A stretch of 63,536 bases of DNA, filler included, from Dehalococcoidia bacterium (lineage in GTDB: Bacteria; Chloroflexota; Dehalococcoidia; DSTF01; JACRBR01), in NCBI GenBank assembly GCA_041494685.1. It is 3 parts of 3 records of this genome, joined end to end, with 100 filler letters (N's around TTAATTAATTAA, not from the genome) between each part and the next. Parts side by side here need not be neighbours in the genome. Positions count along the whole stretch, not along the records: positions 1 to 25,733 come from JBGQBE010000047.1; 2 more parts are not named here. One strand, given 5' to 3'. The notes below the pieces were generated by a model. It made no database searches. It saw nothing but the letters and a program-made list of their open reading frames with translations, and was not told the DNA's origin. The position numbers and the translations under genes are program-made. Position 1 is the first letter of the stretch, and each line of letters opens with the position of its first letter. Of the stretch, positions 11,345 through 19,487 are shown in pieces.

Positions 11345-12018
11345 CAGGTTTTCAGTGTATATCCGACGCCGCGTACGGTGTGGATGAGTTGCTCCTTGAA
11401 GCCCTTGTCGATCTTGTTCCGCAAGTAGTGGATGTAGATGTCCACGACGTTGCTCGCGAAGTCGCGGTCGTACTGCCACACGTGGTCGAGGATCTGGCTG
11501 CGACTCAGCACCTGCCCCTGGTGGCGCAGCAGCAGCTCCAGCAGCTGGAACTCCTTCACCGTCAGCTCGATCTCGCGCTTGCCGCGCACCGCGCTGTGCC
11601 TCGACACGTCGAGCGTGAGGTCGCCGGCACGCAGTTGGTCGCGCCCGCCACCCGAGAGGGCGCCGCGGCGGCCCAGTGCCCGCACCCGCGCCAGCAGCTC
11701 CGCCACCGCGAACGGCTTGACGAGATAGTCGTCCGCGCCAGCGTCCAGGCCCTTCACGCGGTCCTGGACCTCCGTGCGCGCCGTCAGCATCAGCACCGGC
11801 GTCTGGACGCCGGACAGGCGCATCCGTTTGCAGATGTCGAATCCGTCCATGCCGGGCAACATCACGTCGAGGATCATCGCATCGAAGTCGCCGTTGCTGG
11901 CGGCTTGAAGCGCGGCCGGGCCTTCCCCGACGATTTCGACGGTGTGTGACTCTTCCTCGAACACCCGCCGGACGGCACGCGCCAAGCGCAGGTCGTCTTC
12001 CGCAAGCAGGATCTTCAT
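11344..12018 (-). CDS. OmpR/PhoB family response regulator
   Basis: LAEDD, ILDVMLP, KPF, winged-helix tail TVRGVGY. Confidence 0.95.
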   Translation of the reverse strand: MKILLAEDDLRLARAVRRVFEEESHTVEIVGEGPAALQAASNGDFDAMILDVMLPGMDGFDICKRMRLSGVQTPVLMLTARTEVQDRVKGLDAGADDYLVKPFAVAELLARVRALGRRGALSGGGRDQLRAGDLTLDVSRHSAVRGKREIELTVKEFQLLELLLRHQGQVLSRSQILDHVWQYDRDFASNVVDIYIHYLRNKIDKGFKEQLIHTVRGVGYTLKT

Positions 12019-12060
12019 CGGCTCACCTCTTGGGGAAATCATATGGGTCGTACATGGGAT

Positions 12061-12516
12061 TTAGATTGGAGTCCGGTTGGCGAGGCTGGCTGGCCCGGAT
12101 CGGAAGCGGATGAACGGCCTCTGCCGCTCGTCCCAATCGCGGAGGCGCGTTTCGCCGAGTGCGGATATCTCGCCCCGCACCCGCGAGACATCCACGAGCA
12201 ACGCGGTCACATTCACGCCGAAGCGCTCCGGTTCGACGTCCCGGAGCTTCTCCGCGGCGGCGTCCAGCAGCTTCAGGACGCCGGGATACTCTCCGCGGGC
12301 GACATGGACGAAGGCCGCCGCCATCTGGATGATCCCCTGGAACAGCCGGCGCTCCGGCAACGGCGTCACCATCCAGAGGTCTTCGAGCGTCTCGTGCGAC
12401 TCGAAATAGTAGCCCGCGTTGAACTCGTCGAGGGCGCGGTAAAACTCGCCGAGGCGCGCTGCCAGCTCGTCCGGCGTGAGCAGCGGCTCGTTGCGAAATG
12501 CGGCGTTCGCTGGCAC
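12061..12516 (-). CDS. DUF309 domain protein
   Basis: FNAGYYFESHETLEDLW...QGIIQMAAA motif; GTG start after AAGGAG. Confidence 0.85.
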   Translation of the reverse strand: MPANAAFRNEPLLTPDELAARLGEFYRALDEFNAGYYFESHETLEDLWMVTPLPERRLFQGIIQMAAAFVHVARGEYPGVLKLLDAAAEKLRDVEPERFGVNVTALLVDVSRVRGEISALGETRLRDWDERQRPFIRFRSGPASLANRTPI

Positions 12517-12603
12517 CCGGTGCTCCTTGCGATTGTGCGTGCTCCGCGCGTCGGTCACGCTTATTGTACCCGCGCCCGGGCACCGAGCCGTGAAGGAGCT
12601 ACG

Positions 12604-13635
12604 ATGAAAGCCGCCCGCATCCACGAACCAGGCAGCGCCGACAACTACGTCTACGAGGACGCGCCCGACCCGCAGGCCGGACCGGGCGAAGTACTGGTGC
12701 GCGTCAAGGCCGTCGCGCTCAACCACCTGGAGGCTTGGGCCGCGAAAGCGCCCGCCGCGAAGGTCAAGTACCCCGCGCCGCGCATCCTCGGCGCCGATGT
12801 CGCGGGCATCGTCGAAGCGGTGGGCGCGGGTGTGCGCTCGACCCAACCCGGCGCGGAGGTGATGCTCCACCCGGGCGTCAGCTGCGGCACCTGCGAGCCG
12901 TGCCTCGGCGGCAACGACAACCTCTGCGCGACCTACCACCTGCTCGGCCAGGGGCGCGACGGCGGACTCGCGGAGTTTGTGGCGGTGCCGGCGGCCAACG
13001 TGTTCGCGAAGCCGGCGAACCTCTCGTTCGAGGACGCGGCGTCGATCCCGCTCGTCTTCACAACCGCGCTGCACATGATCCTGACGCGCGCCCATCTCCG
13101 GTACGGCGAGACGGTGCTCGTGAACGCGGCGGGCAGCGGCGTCGGCGTGGCGGCGATCCAGGTGGCGAAGCTGCACGGCGCGCGCGTCATCGCCAGCGCC
13201 GGCTCGGACGCCAAGTTGGAGAAGGCGCGGCAGTTGGGCGCGGACGAGGGGATCAACTACACGACGCAGGGCCTCGCGGAGGAGGCGCGCCGCCTCACCG
13301 GGGGCCGCGGCGTCGACATGGTCGTCGAGAACGTCGGCGCGGACATCATGGAGCAGAGCATCAAGGCACTGGCGCGGAACGGACGCGTGGTGACGTGCGG
13401 CGCCACGGCCGGCAACGACGCTACGTTCAACGTGACGCGCTTCTTCCTAGCGCAGCAGACGATCTATGGATCCTTCATGGGTACCAAGGCCGAGCTGCTG
13501 CATTACGTTCCCTGCTTCGCGGACGGCCGCCTGAAGCCGGTGGTGGATCAGGTGTTCCCGCTGCGCGACATCAGCGCCGCGGTCTCGCGTCTGCTGCACC
13601 GCGAGCAGTTCGGCAAGATCGTACTGGTGCCGTAG
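12604..13635 (+). CDS. Zinc-binding MDR alcohol dehydrogenase/quinone oxidoreductase family
   Basis: GroES-like N-terminus, CGTCEPC...C structural Zn site, AGSGVG, GKIVL end. Confidence 0.9.
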   Translation: MKAARIHEPGSADNYVYEDAPDPQAGPGEVLVRVKAVALNHLEAWAAKAPAAKVKYPAPRILGADVAGIVEAVGAGVRSTQPGAEVMLHPGVSCGTCEPCLGGNDNLCATYHLLGQGRDGGLAEFVAVPAANVFAKPANLSFEDAASIPLVFTTALHMILTRAHLRYGETVLVNAAGSGVGVAAIQVAKLHGARVIASAGSDAKLEKARQLGADEGINYTTQGLAEEARRLTGGRGVDMVVENVGADIMEQSIKALARNGRVVTCGATAGNDATFNVTRFFLAQQTIYGSFMGTKAELLHYVPCFADGRLKPVVDQVFPLRDISAAVSRLLHREQFGKIVLVP

Positions 13636-13735
13636 CGTACAGTTTCCTGCACCTACCCCTCACGTACACGTGAGCGTAGGATGATGGCGCGCCGAGCGAC
13701 GATACGCGCGCGGCGCTGATTATGTCGAGGTATTG

Positions 13736-14146
13736 ATGGCCGATTACGCCAAGCCCCTCCCCTGGCCAAGTCCGGAGACGCAGCCGTTCTGGGATGCTTG
13801 CAAGCGTCATGAACTCCTGCTCCCGTACTGTCCGTCGTGCAGCGCGTTCTTCTTCTACCCGCGCCAGTTCTGTCCCAGTTGCTTTAGCTGGGACATCGAG
13901 TGGCGGCGCTGCAGCGGCAAGGGCACGGTGTACACCTTCGCCATCCAGTACCGGCCGCAGGCGCCCGGCTTCACGCCGCCGTACGTCACCGCCATCGTGC
14001 AGCTCGACGAGGGGCCCCGCATGATGACGAACATCGTCGGCGTCGACCCGTCGCCCGAGAACATCCGCTGCGACATGCCCGTCGAGGTCACCTGGCAGGA
14101 CGCCACCGACGAGATCACGCTGCCGCTATTCAAGCCCGCGCCCTGA
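13736..14146 (+). CDS. DUF35 family Zn-ribbon/OB-fold protein
   Basis: PFW...CPSC...YPRQFCPSC, GTVYTF, LDEGPRMMTNIV. Confidence 0.9.
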   Translation: MADYAKPLPWPSPETQPFWDACKRHELLLPYCPSCSAFFFYPRQFCPSCFSWDIEWRRCSGKGTVYTFAIQYRPQAPGFTPPYVTAIVQLDEGPRMMTNIVGVDPSPENIRCDMPVEVTWQDATDEITLPLFKPAP

Positions 14147-14171
14147 TCGCGCGCGTCACGAGGACCCACAC

Positions 14172-15332
14172 ATGAGCCTGAAGAACAAGGTCGCGATCGT
14201 CGGCGCGGACGAGACGGATCAGATCGGCATCGTGCCGGACATGACGCCGATCATGATGCACGCGCAGGCCGCCCGGAACGCCCTGCACGATGCCGGCATC
14301 GACAAGTCCGAGGTGGACGGCGTGTTCACCTGCGGCATCGGCGGCATGGCCAGCACGCAGCTCTGCGAGTACCTGGGCATCGTGCCGAGCTATACGGACT
14401 CGACGATGACCGGTGGCTCGTCGTTCGAGATCCATGTCGAGCACGCGGCGGCGGCGATTGCCGCGGGGCTGTGCAAGGTGGCGCTGATCACGCACGGCGA
14501 GACGGGCTTCTCGTCGCGCAACCGGCGCGGGCCGCGCATGTCGTACAGCTTCGACACGTCGCTGCCGCAGGCGCAGTTCGAGCTGCCGTACGGGGTCGGC
14601 GGGCCGCCCAGCGTCTACGCCATGGCGGCGATGCGCCACATGCACGAGTACGGCACGACGAGCGAGCAACTCGCCGAGATCGCCGTGGCGACGCGCAAGT
14701 GGGCGCAGCTCAACCCGCGCGCCATGATGCGCGATCCGCTGACGATCGACGACGTGCTGTCGTCGCGCTGGATCGCCTACCCCTTCCACATCTATGACTG
14801 CTGCCTCGTCACCGACGCCGGCGGCGCCGTCGTGATCGTGGGCGCGGACAGGGCGCGCGAGTTCAAGAAGAAACCGGTCTGGGTACTGGGCACCGGTGAG
14901 GCCAGTACCCACCAGTCGTTCAGCGGCATGGCCGACCTGACGCGTACGCCCGCGCGCTACTCCGGCAAGGCCGCATTCGAGATGGCCGGCGTCGCCCACA
15001 AGGACATCGACGTGGTCGAGGTGTACGACTCGTTCACCTACACCGCGCTCGTGACCCTGGAAGAACTGGGGTTCTGTGAGAAGGGCGAGGGCGGGCCGTT
15101 CGTCTCCGGCCAGCGGACGGCGCCCGGCGGCGATTTCCCGCTGAACACGAACGGCGGCGGACTCTCGTACACGCACCCCGGCATGTACGGCATGTTCATC
15201 CTGATCGAGGCGGTGCGCCAACTGCGCGGCGAATGCGGCGAGCGCCAGGTGAAGGACGCGAAGCTGGCGCTGGTCAACGGCACGGGCGGACTGCTGAGCG
15301 CCACCGGCACGCTCATCCTCGGCCGCGACTGA
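14172..15332 (+). CDS. Thiolase-superfamily protein (SCP-x/Ltp2-like)
   Basis: VAIVG, DCCLVTDAGGA, EVYDSF, NTNGGGLSYTHPG, EAVRQLRG. Confidence 0.88.
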   Translation: MSLKNKVAIVGADETDQIGIVPDMTPIMMHAQAARNALHDAGIDKSEVDGVFTCGIGGMASTQLCEYLGIVPSYTDSTMTGGSSFEIHVEHAAAAIAAGLCKVALITHGETGFSSRNRRGPRMSYSFDTSLPQAQFELPYGVGGPPSVYAMAAMRHMHEYGTTSEQLAEIAVATRKWAQLNPRAMMRDPLTIDDVLSSRWIAYPFHIYDCCLVTDAGGAVVIVGADRAREFKKKPVWVLGTGEASTHQSFSGMADLTRTPARYSGKAAFEMAGVAHKDIDVVEVYDSFTYTALVTLEELGFCEKGEGGPFVSGQRTAPGGDFPLNTNGGGLSYTHPGMYGMFILIEAVRQLRGECGERQVKDAKLALVNGTGGLLSATGTLILGRD

Positions 15333-15333
15333 C

Positions 15334-16014
15334 CTATCGCACGACGTAGATCGCGATTAGCGTGAAGTGCAGCGCCGTACCGGCGACGACGAAGGTGTGG
15401 AACACCTCGTGGAAGCCGAACACGCGGGGGAACGGGTTCGGCTTGCGTCGCGCGTAGACCACGGCGCCCACCGTGTACAACGCGCCGCCGGCAGCCAGCA
15501 TGGTGATCGCCAGCGGCGGCATGTTCGTCAGCACCTGCGAGATCGGGAGCACGCCGACCCAGCCGACGGCCAGGTACGGGGCGACGGTGACCCAGCGCGG
15601 CGCGGATGGCCAGGCGATCACGAGCAGCACGCCGAGACCGGCGAGCGTCCAGACAAGCGACAGTATCGAGATGCCCCAGGCGGTGCTGAGCACCACGAGG
15701 CAGAGTGGCGTGTAGGTGCCGGCGATCAGCACGAAGATCATCGCGTGGTCGGCGCGCTTCATCACGGCGCGCAGGCGGTCGGACCACGGCGCGATGTGAT
15801 AGCTGGCGCTGGTCGTATACAGCAGCATCAGGCTCGCGGCGAAAATCGAAGCGCCCACGTAGCGGCGCGGCGAGTCGGCGAGCAGCAACAGCAGCACGAG
15901 TCCGGCCGGCGCGAGCAACGCGACCACGAGGTGCATCGCACCGCGCAGCAGCGGGCGCGGCTCCGGGTCGTGCGCGGGAATGTCGTGGCGATGGGCGGCG
16001 GCTGCGGCACTCAT
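15334..16014 (-). CDS. Hemolysin III / PAQR family membrane protein
   Basis: RPLLRGxMH, SASYH, DHAMIFVLIAGTYTP, FGFHEVFH. Confidence 0.92.
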   Translation of the reverse strand: MSAAAAAHRHDIPAHDPEPRPLLRGAMHLVVALLAPAGLVLLLLLADSPRRYVGASIFAASLMLLYTTSASYHIAPWSDRLRAVMKRADHAMIFVLIAGTYTPLCLVVLSTAWGISILSLVWTLAGLGVLLVIAWPSAPRWVTVAPYLAVGWVGVLPISQVLTNMPPLAITMLAAGGALYTVGAVVYARRKPNPFPRVFGFHEVFHTFVVAGTALHFTLIAIYVVR

Positions 16015-16361
16015 TCGGGTGCACCTTCCCGCTCTGCCCGCTGCCGTGGCTCGGTGGCGCGCATGAACGACTGGATCAGCGTGTCTGGGCGCAGGCTCAG
16101 CAGCGCCTCGGACCATTCGGTGTAGCGGCGGAACGTGCCGGAGCCCATCCGCATCAATTCGACCTGGTAGCGCATGGATTCGGCGCGCGCGGCGAGGAAC
16201 TCGCCCATCGCCAGCATCGCCTTGCTCTCGTGCTCCCAGACCTTCTGGTACTTCTCGACGAATTCGATCAGCTCGTCGCCGGCGTCCAGCAGGTCGCTCA
16301 TCCTGGGCAGCCGCGGCGGCCGCGCCGGGCGTGACGATGGCCGTTCCTGCGCTTCTGGCAT
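16011..16361 (-). CDS. Hypothetical helical protein
   Basis: AAGGAG RBS upstream; stop overlaps the next start (ATGA); protein-like composition. Confidence 0.7.
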   Translation of the reverse strand: MPEAQERPSSRPARPPRLPRMSDLLDAGDELIEFVEKYQKVWEHESKAMLAMGEFLAARAESMRYQVELMRMGSGTFRRYTEWSEALLSLRPDTLIQSFMRATEPRQRAEREGAPE

Positions 16362-16427
16362 GTGCGTCTGTCTCCTTGCGGGCGTCGTACGGGCGAGGGG
16401 GTCGCGTGCGCCGTCCCCATCGTACCG

Positions 16428-17363
16428 CTACGGGGCGGATTCGTCGCGCTGCTGCTCCTGCAGCGCCTCGCTGCGCAGCGTGCCGATGAAGGGCAGGTTG
16501 CGGAAGCGCTGACGGTAGTCGAGGCCGTAGCCGACGACGAATTCGTCCGGGACCTCGAACCCGACGTAGTCCAGCGGCGTATCGACGAGGCGCCGGGCGC
16601 GCTTGTCGAGCAGCGCGCAGACGCGCAGACTCGCGGGGGCGCGGGCCTCCAGCTGGCGCAGCAGGTGGTTGAGGGTCATGCCAGTGTCGATGATATCCTC
16701 GACGACCAGTACGTCACGGCCCTCGATGTTCTCGGTGAGATCCTGGACGATGCGCACGGCGCCGCTGTGGTCGCCGTCGTACGACGAGATGGTCATGAAG
16801 TCGATGCTGACGGGCAGCGAGATGTGCCGCATCAGGTCCGCCATGAAGCACGTCACGCCCTTCAGCACGCCGAGGAGCAGGATCTCCTTGCCCTGGTAGT
16901 CGTGGGTGATCGCACCGCCCAACTCGTTGAGGCGCCGCTCGATCTGCGAAGCGCTGATCAGCACCTCGCGCACGGCCATGCGCTCCTGCTCGTTGACGAC
17001 GCCGATGCCGTACTTCGACAGGAGGCCGAGGTAGTCCTTCCTGTGGAGCAGTTTGATCTGGACGTCCGCGTACAGTTCGTTCAGCCGGCGGACCTTGCGG
17101 TGCTTGTCGGTGGCGAGCCCCTGCTTCATCGTCGTCAACTCGACGTAGAGGTCGAGGTCGATGAGATAGAAGTCGGGCGAGAAGGCCTCGACGATCCGGC
17201 CGTCGTCGGCGTGGCGGAGCGGGAAGGTGCGCGGCTCGTACTGCCAGCGCACGCCGTAGAAGTCGAGGATGCGGGCGAACTCCTCCTCGCTCTCGTGGGC
17301 AAAGCGCGCATCTTCGACGGTGGACGGCGCGGGCGTCTTTGCCTCGAGCGGATGGAGGTTCAT
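16428..17363 (-). CDS. hpt: Hypoxanthine phosphoribosyltransferase with N-terminal PD-(D/E)xK-like domain
   Basis: C-terminal GVLKG, VLVVEDIIDTGMTL, FVVGYGLDY, RNLP; extra ~120-aa N-domain with SPDFYL...YVELTT. Confidence 0.9.
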   Translation of the reverse strand: MNLHPLEAKTPAPSTVEDARFAHESEEEFARILDFYGVRWQYEPRTFPLRHADDGRIVEAFSPDFYLIDLDLYVELTTMKQGLATDKHRKVRRLNELYADVQIKLLHRKDYLGLLSKYGIGVVNEQERMAVREVLISASQIERRLNELGGAITHDYQGKEILLLGVLKGVTCFMADLMRHISLPVSIDFMTISSYDGDHSGAVRIVQDLTENIEGRDVLVVEDIIDTGMTLNHLLRQLEARAPASLRVCALLDKRARRLVDTPLDYVGFEVPDEFVVGYGLDYRQRFRNLPFIGTLRSEALQEQQRDESAP

Positions 17364-17370
17364 CGCGGCC

Positions 17371-18027
17371 TCAGGTGATGCTCTGCACGATACGCCGCAT
17401 CGCTGCCGCCACCTGCTGCTGCAGCTCCGGCGGCGGAGCGGTCTCGTCGGACTGGTCCAGGTCGGTGGACATGAGGTAGTTCACGAACGCGCCCACGACC
17501 GTGACGACGCACTGCGTCGCAAGATCGTCGATCGCCTCGGTGCGCAGCAGTCCTCGCATGGCGTAGGTCTGCAAGATGCGCGCCTCGGCGTGCGTCCAGC
17601 GATCGACGAGCATCCGGTACTCCTCGACCGCGACGTTGTCTTCGGCCATCGCCTCGACCATCAGCACCTTCATGAAGCCGCGGTTGGCGTACATCATGGC
17701 GAGCGCGGACTGCGCGATGCCGGGCAGCGCCTCCTCCGGACCCACGGTGACCTCCGCGGTCTCCAGTTCGGCGAGCGCGGCCGTGAACCCGCGCTCCTCG
17801 ATAAAGGCCTCGAAGAGCTCGCGCTTCGACGGGAAGTGGTAGTAGATGGCGGCGTCGGTGATGCCGGCGGCCTGGGCGATGTCGCGCACGCTGGCGCGGG
17901 CGGTGCCCTTCTGCGAGAAGAGGACGAGGGCGGCGTCGAGGATCTGCTTGCGGGTGAGCGGGCCGCGCCGAGGCTTCCGAGTGCGCCCGGCCGGCGTAGT
18001 GGCGGCAAGATCCTGGGCAGTTGTCAA
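17371..18027 (-). CDS. TetR/AcrR family transcriptional regulator
   Basis: ILDAALVLFSQKG...SVRDIAQAAGITDAAIYYHFPSKRELF; TTG start inferred. Confidence 0.92.
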   Translation of the reverse strand: MTTAQDLAATTPAGRTRKPRRGPLTRKQILDAALVLFSQKGTARASVRDIAQAAGITDAAIYYHFPSKRELFEAFIEERGFTAALAELETAEVTVGPEEALPGIAQSALAMMYANRGFMKVLMVEAMAEDNVAVEEYRMLVDRWTHAEARILQTYAMRGLLRTEAIDDLATQCVVTVVGAFVNYLMSTDLDQSDETAPPPELQQQVAAAMRRIVQSIT

Positions 18028-18183
18028 CTGTGCGGTACCTCGGTTCCCGTCTGGGGTAAGCCTAGGGCAGCCCCCCGGCACTGTCAATGGATATCGCTCA
18101 CCAACCTCATCTATTCTGGCACTTCGCGTCAACGTGTAGGCTGGCGGGCGACGGCACTTCCGGATTCCACAGGAGACGCACCC

Positions 18184-18603
18184 ATGTCCGACTTTCCGCT
18201 CAAGATCGGCGACAAGGCCACATTCTCGAAGACCGTGACGGACGCGGACGTCGTGTCGTTCGCGCGGGTGACGGGCGACGAGCAGCCGCTGCACCTGGAC
18301 CAGGCGTTCGCCGCGAAGACGCGCTTCAAGGGACGGATCGCGCACGGCATGCTGTCGGCGGGGTTCATCTCGGCCGTGCTGGGCACGAAGCTGGCGCCGC
18401 ACAACGTCGTGGTGTACCTGAGCCAGCAGATGCGCTTCCGGCTGCCGGTGGCGATCGGCGACACGATCACGGCCGAGGCCGAGGTGACGGCGATCGACGT
18501 GGAGAAGCGCATCGTCACCGTCCGGACCGACTGCACGAACCAGCGCGGCGAAGCGGTCGTGAAGGGCGAGGCGACCGTGCTGCTGGACCCCGGCGTAGCC
18601 TGA
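18184..18603 (+). CDS. MaoC family (R)-enoyl-CoA hydratase, PhaJ-like
   Basis: FARVTGDEQPLHLD...RIAHGML hydratase-2 motif; AGGAG RBS. Confidence 0.92.
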   Translation: MSDFPLKIGDKATFSKTVTDADVVSFARVTGDEQPLHLDQAFAAKTRFKGRIAHGMLSAGFISAVLGTKLAPHNVVVYLSQQMRFRLPVAIGDTITAEAEVTAIDVEKRIVTVRTDCTNQRGEAVVKGEATVLLDPGVA

Positions 18604-18622
18604 GGCGCGGCACCGCGCGCGG

Positions 18623-18809
18623 GAGTTTGCTCGGCACTTTTCGTGTTTCCGGCGAGACGGGCGCGGCACCGCCGGAGTTTGCTCGGCACTTTTCGTGTTT
18701 TCGGTCCGGCGTGCCCGGCCGACGCCGAGTTTGCTCGGCACTTTTCGTGTTTTCGGCGGGGCGTGCCCAGGCGGAGCGGAGTTTGCTCGGCACTTTTCCG
18801 TGTTTTCGG
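18623..18809. repeat. Array of four 30-bp direct repeats GAGTTTGCTCGGCACTTTTCGTGTTTTCGG with 22-bp variable spacers (52-bp period)
   Basis: Copies start at 18623, 18675, 18727, 18779; copy 1 has one substitution, copy 4 a 1-nt insertion. Confidence 0.97.
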
Positions 18810-18906
18810 CACGGCAAAGCCGCCGACGCGAGGACGCGACGGCGGTTCGTGGTGTATTGCCGGGACTTCCTCGCGGCCGGCGCGCGAGCACGCTTTGTCG
18901 CCCGCG

Positions 18907-19422
18907 TCATGGCTCCGGCAGGCCGGTTATGTCGAGTCGAGCGAGCGGCGTCGGGTTGCCCTTCCGGCGCTCCTGCAGCGCCTCGAGATCGCGGAGGGCC
19001 TGAGAGAGCCGGCGGCCGTGGTGCGCCTCGTAGCGGATGATCTGCTCCATATGGCGGGGTTCGGGCAGCAACCGATGCAGGGGCGTGAAGGCGTGGGACG
19101 TGCCTTCGAGATCGCGCGCCAGCTTGTCGTTCGTGAAGTCATCGATGCTGATCATCTGGGCCTCGGCGCGGCCGCCGCGGCGGAGCCGCCACAGGTGCTC
19201 GACGATACGCTCGGCGATCGCGTATTCGACGGGGTTGTCGGGATCGAGCGCGGCGATGCCCTCGGAGCGGAACTGGTCCCAGTCCGCCTGTGACTCGAAG
19301 GCATCGACGACGATCGCGACGGTGCGGAGTCCGTAGCGGACGCTGTTGTGACGCACGGCGGCCTTGCCCTCGGGCGTCACAGGGCCGCCGGCATGGCGTT
19401 CGGGAGACGGTTGCTGTTCCAT
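18907..19422 (-). CDS. Conserved hypothetical protein, GPxTxEGK...WRLRR type
   Basis: GGPVTPEGKAAVRHNSVRYGL, ERIVEHLWRLRRGGRAE, IIRYEAHHGRRLSQALRDLEALQERR. Confidence 0.8.
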   Translation of the reverse strand: MEQQPSPERHAGGPVTPEGKAAVRHNSVRYGLRTVAIVVDAFESQADWDQFRSEGIAALDPDNPVEYAIAERIVEHLWRLRRGGRAEAQMISIDDFTNDKLARDLEGTSHAFTPLHRLLPEPRHMEQIIRYEAHHGRRLSQALRDLEALQERRKGNPTPLARLDITGLPEP

Positions 19423-19487
19423 GCGCGCAGGGTCGCCGATGGCGGGCGCGAACTCCAAGCGCCGCATGTCACACGCGGCGGGCGCGG

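Noticed and set aside
18623..18809. Canonical CRISPR array
   Set aside because: Spacers are only 22 bp, very GC-rich and related to one another; the repeat is not palindromic; no cas genes in the window. Kept as an unexplained array instead.
17371..18891. 506-aa extended TetR ORF and other ORFs with KHEKCRANS/ENTKSAEQT/KVPSKL repeats
   Set aside because: The extension runs antisense through maoC and the 52-bp array; the peptides are just three frames of the DNA repeat.
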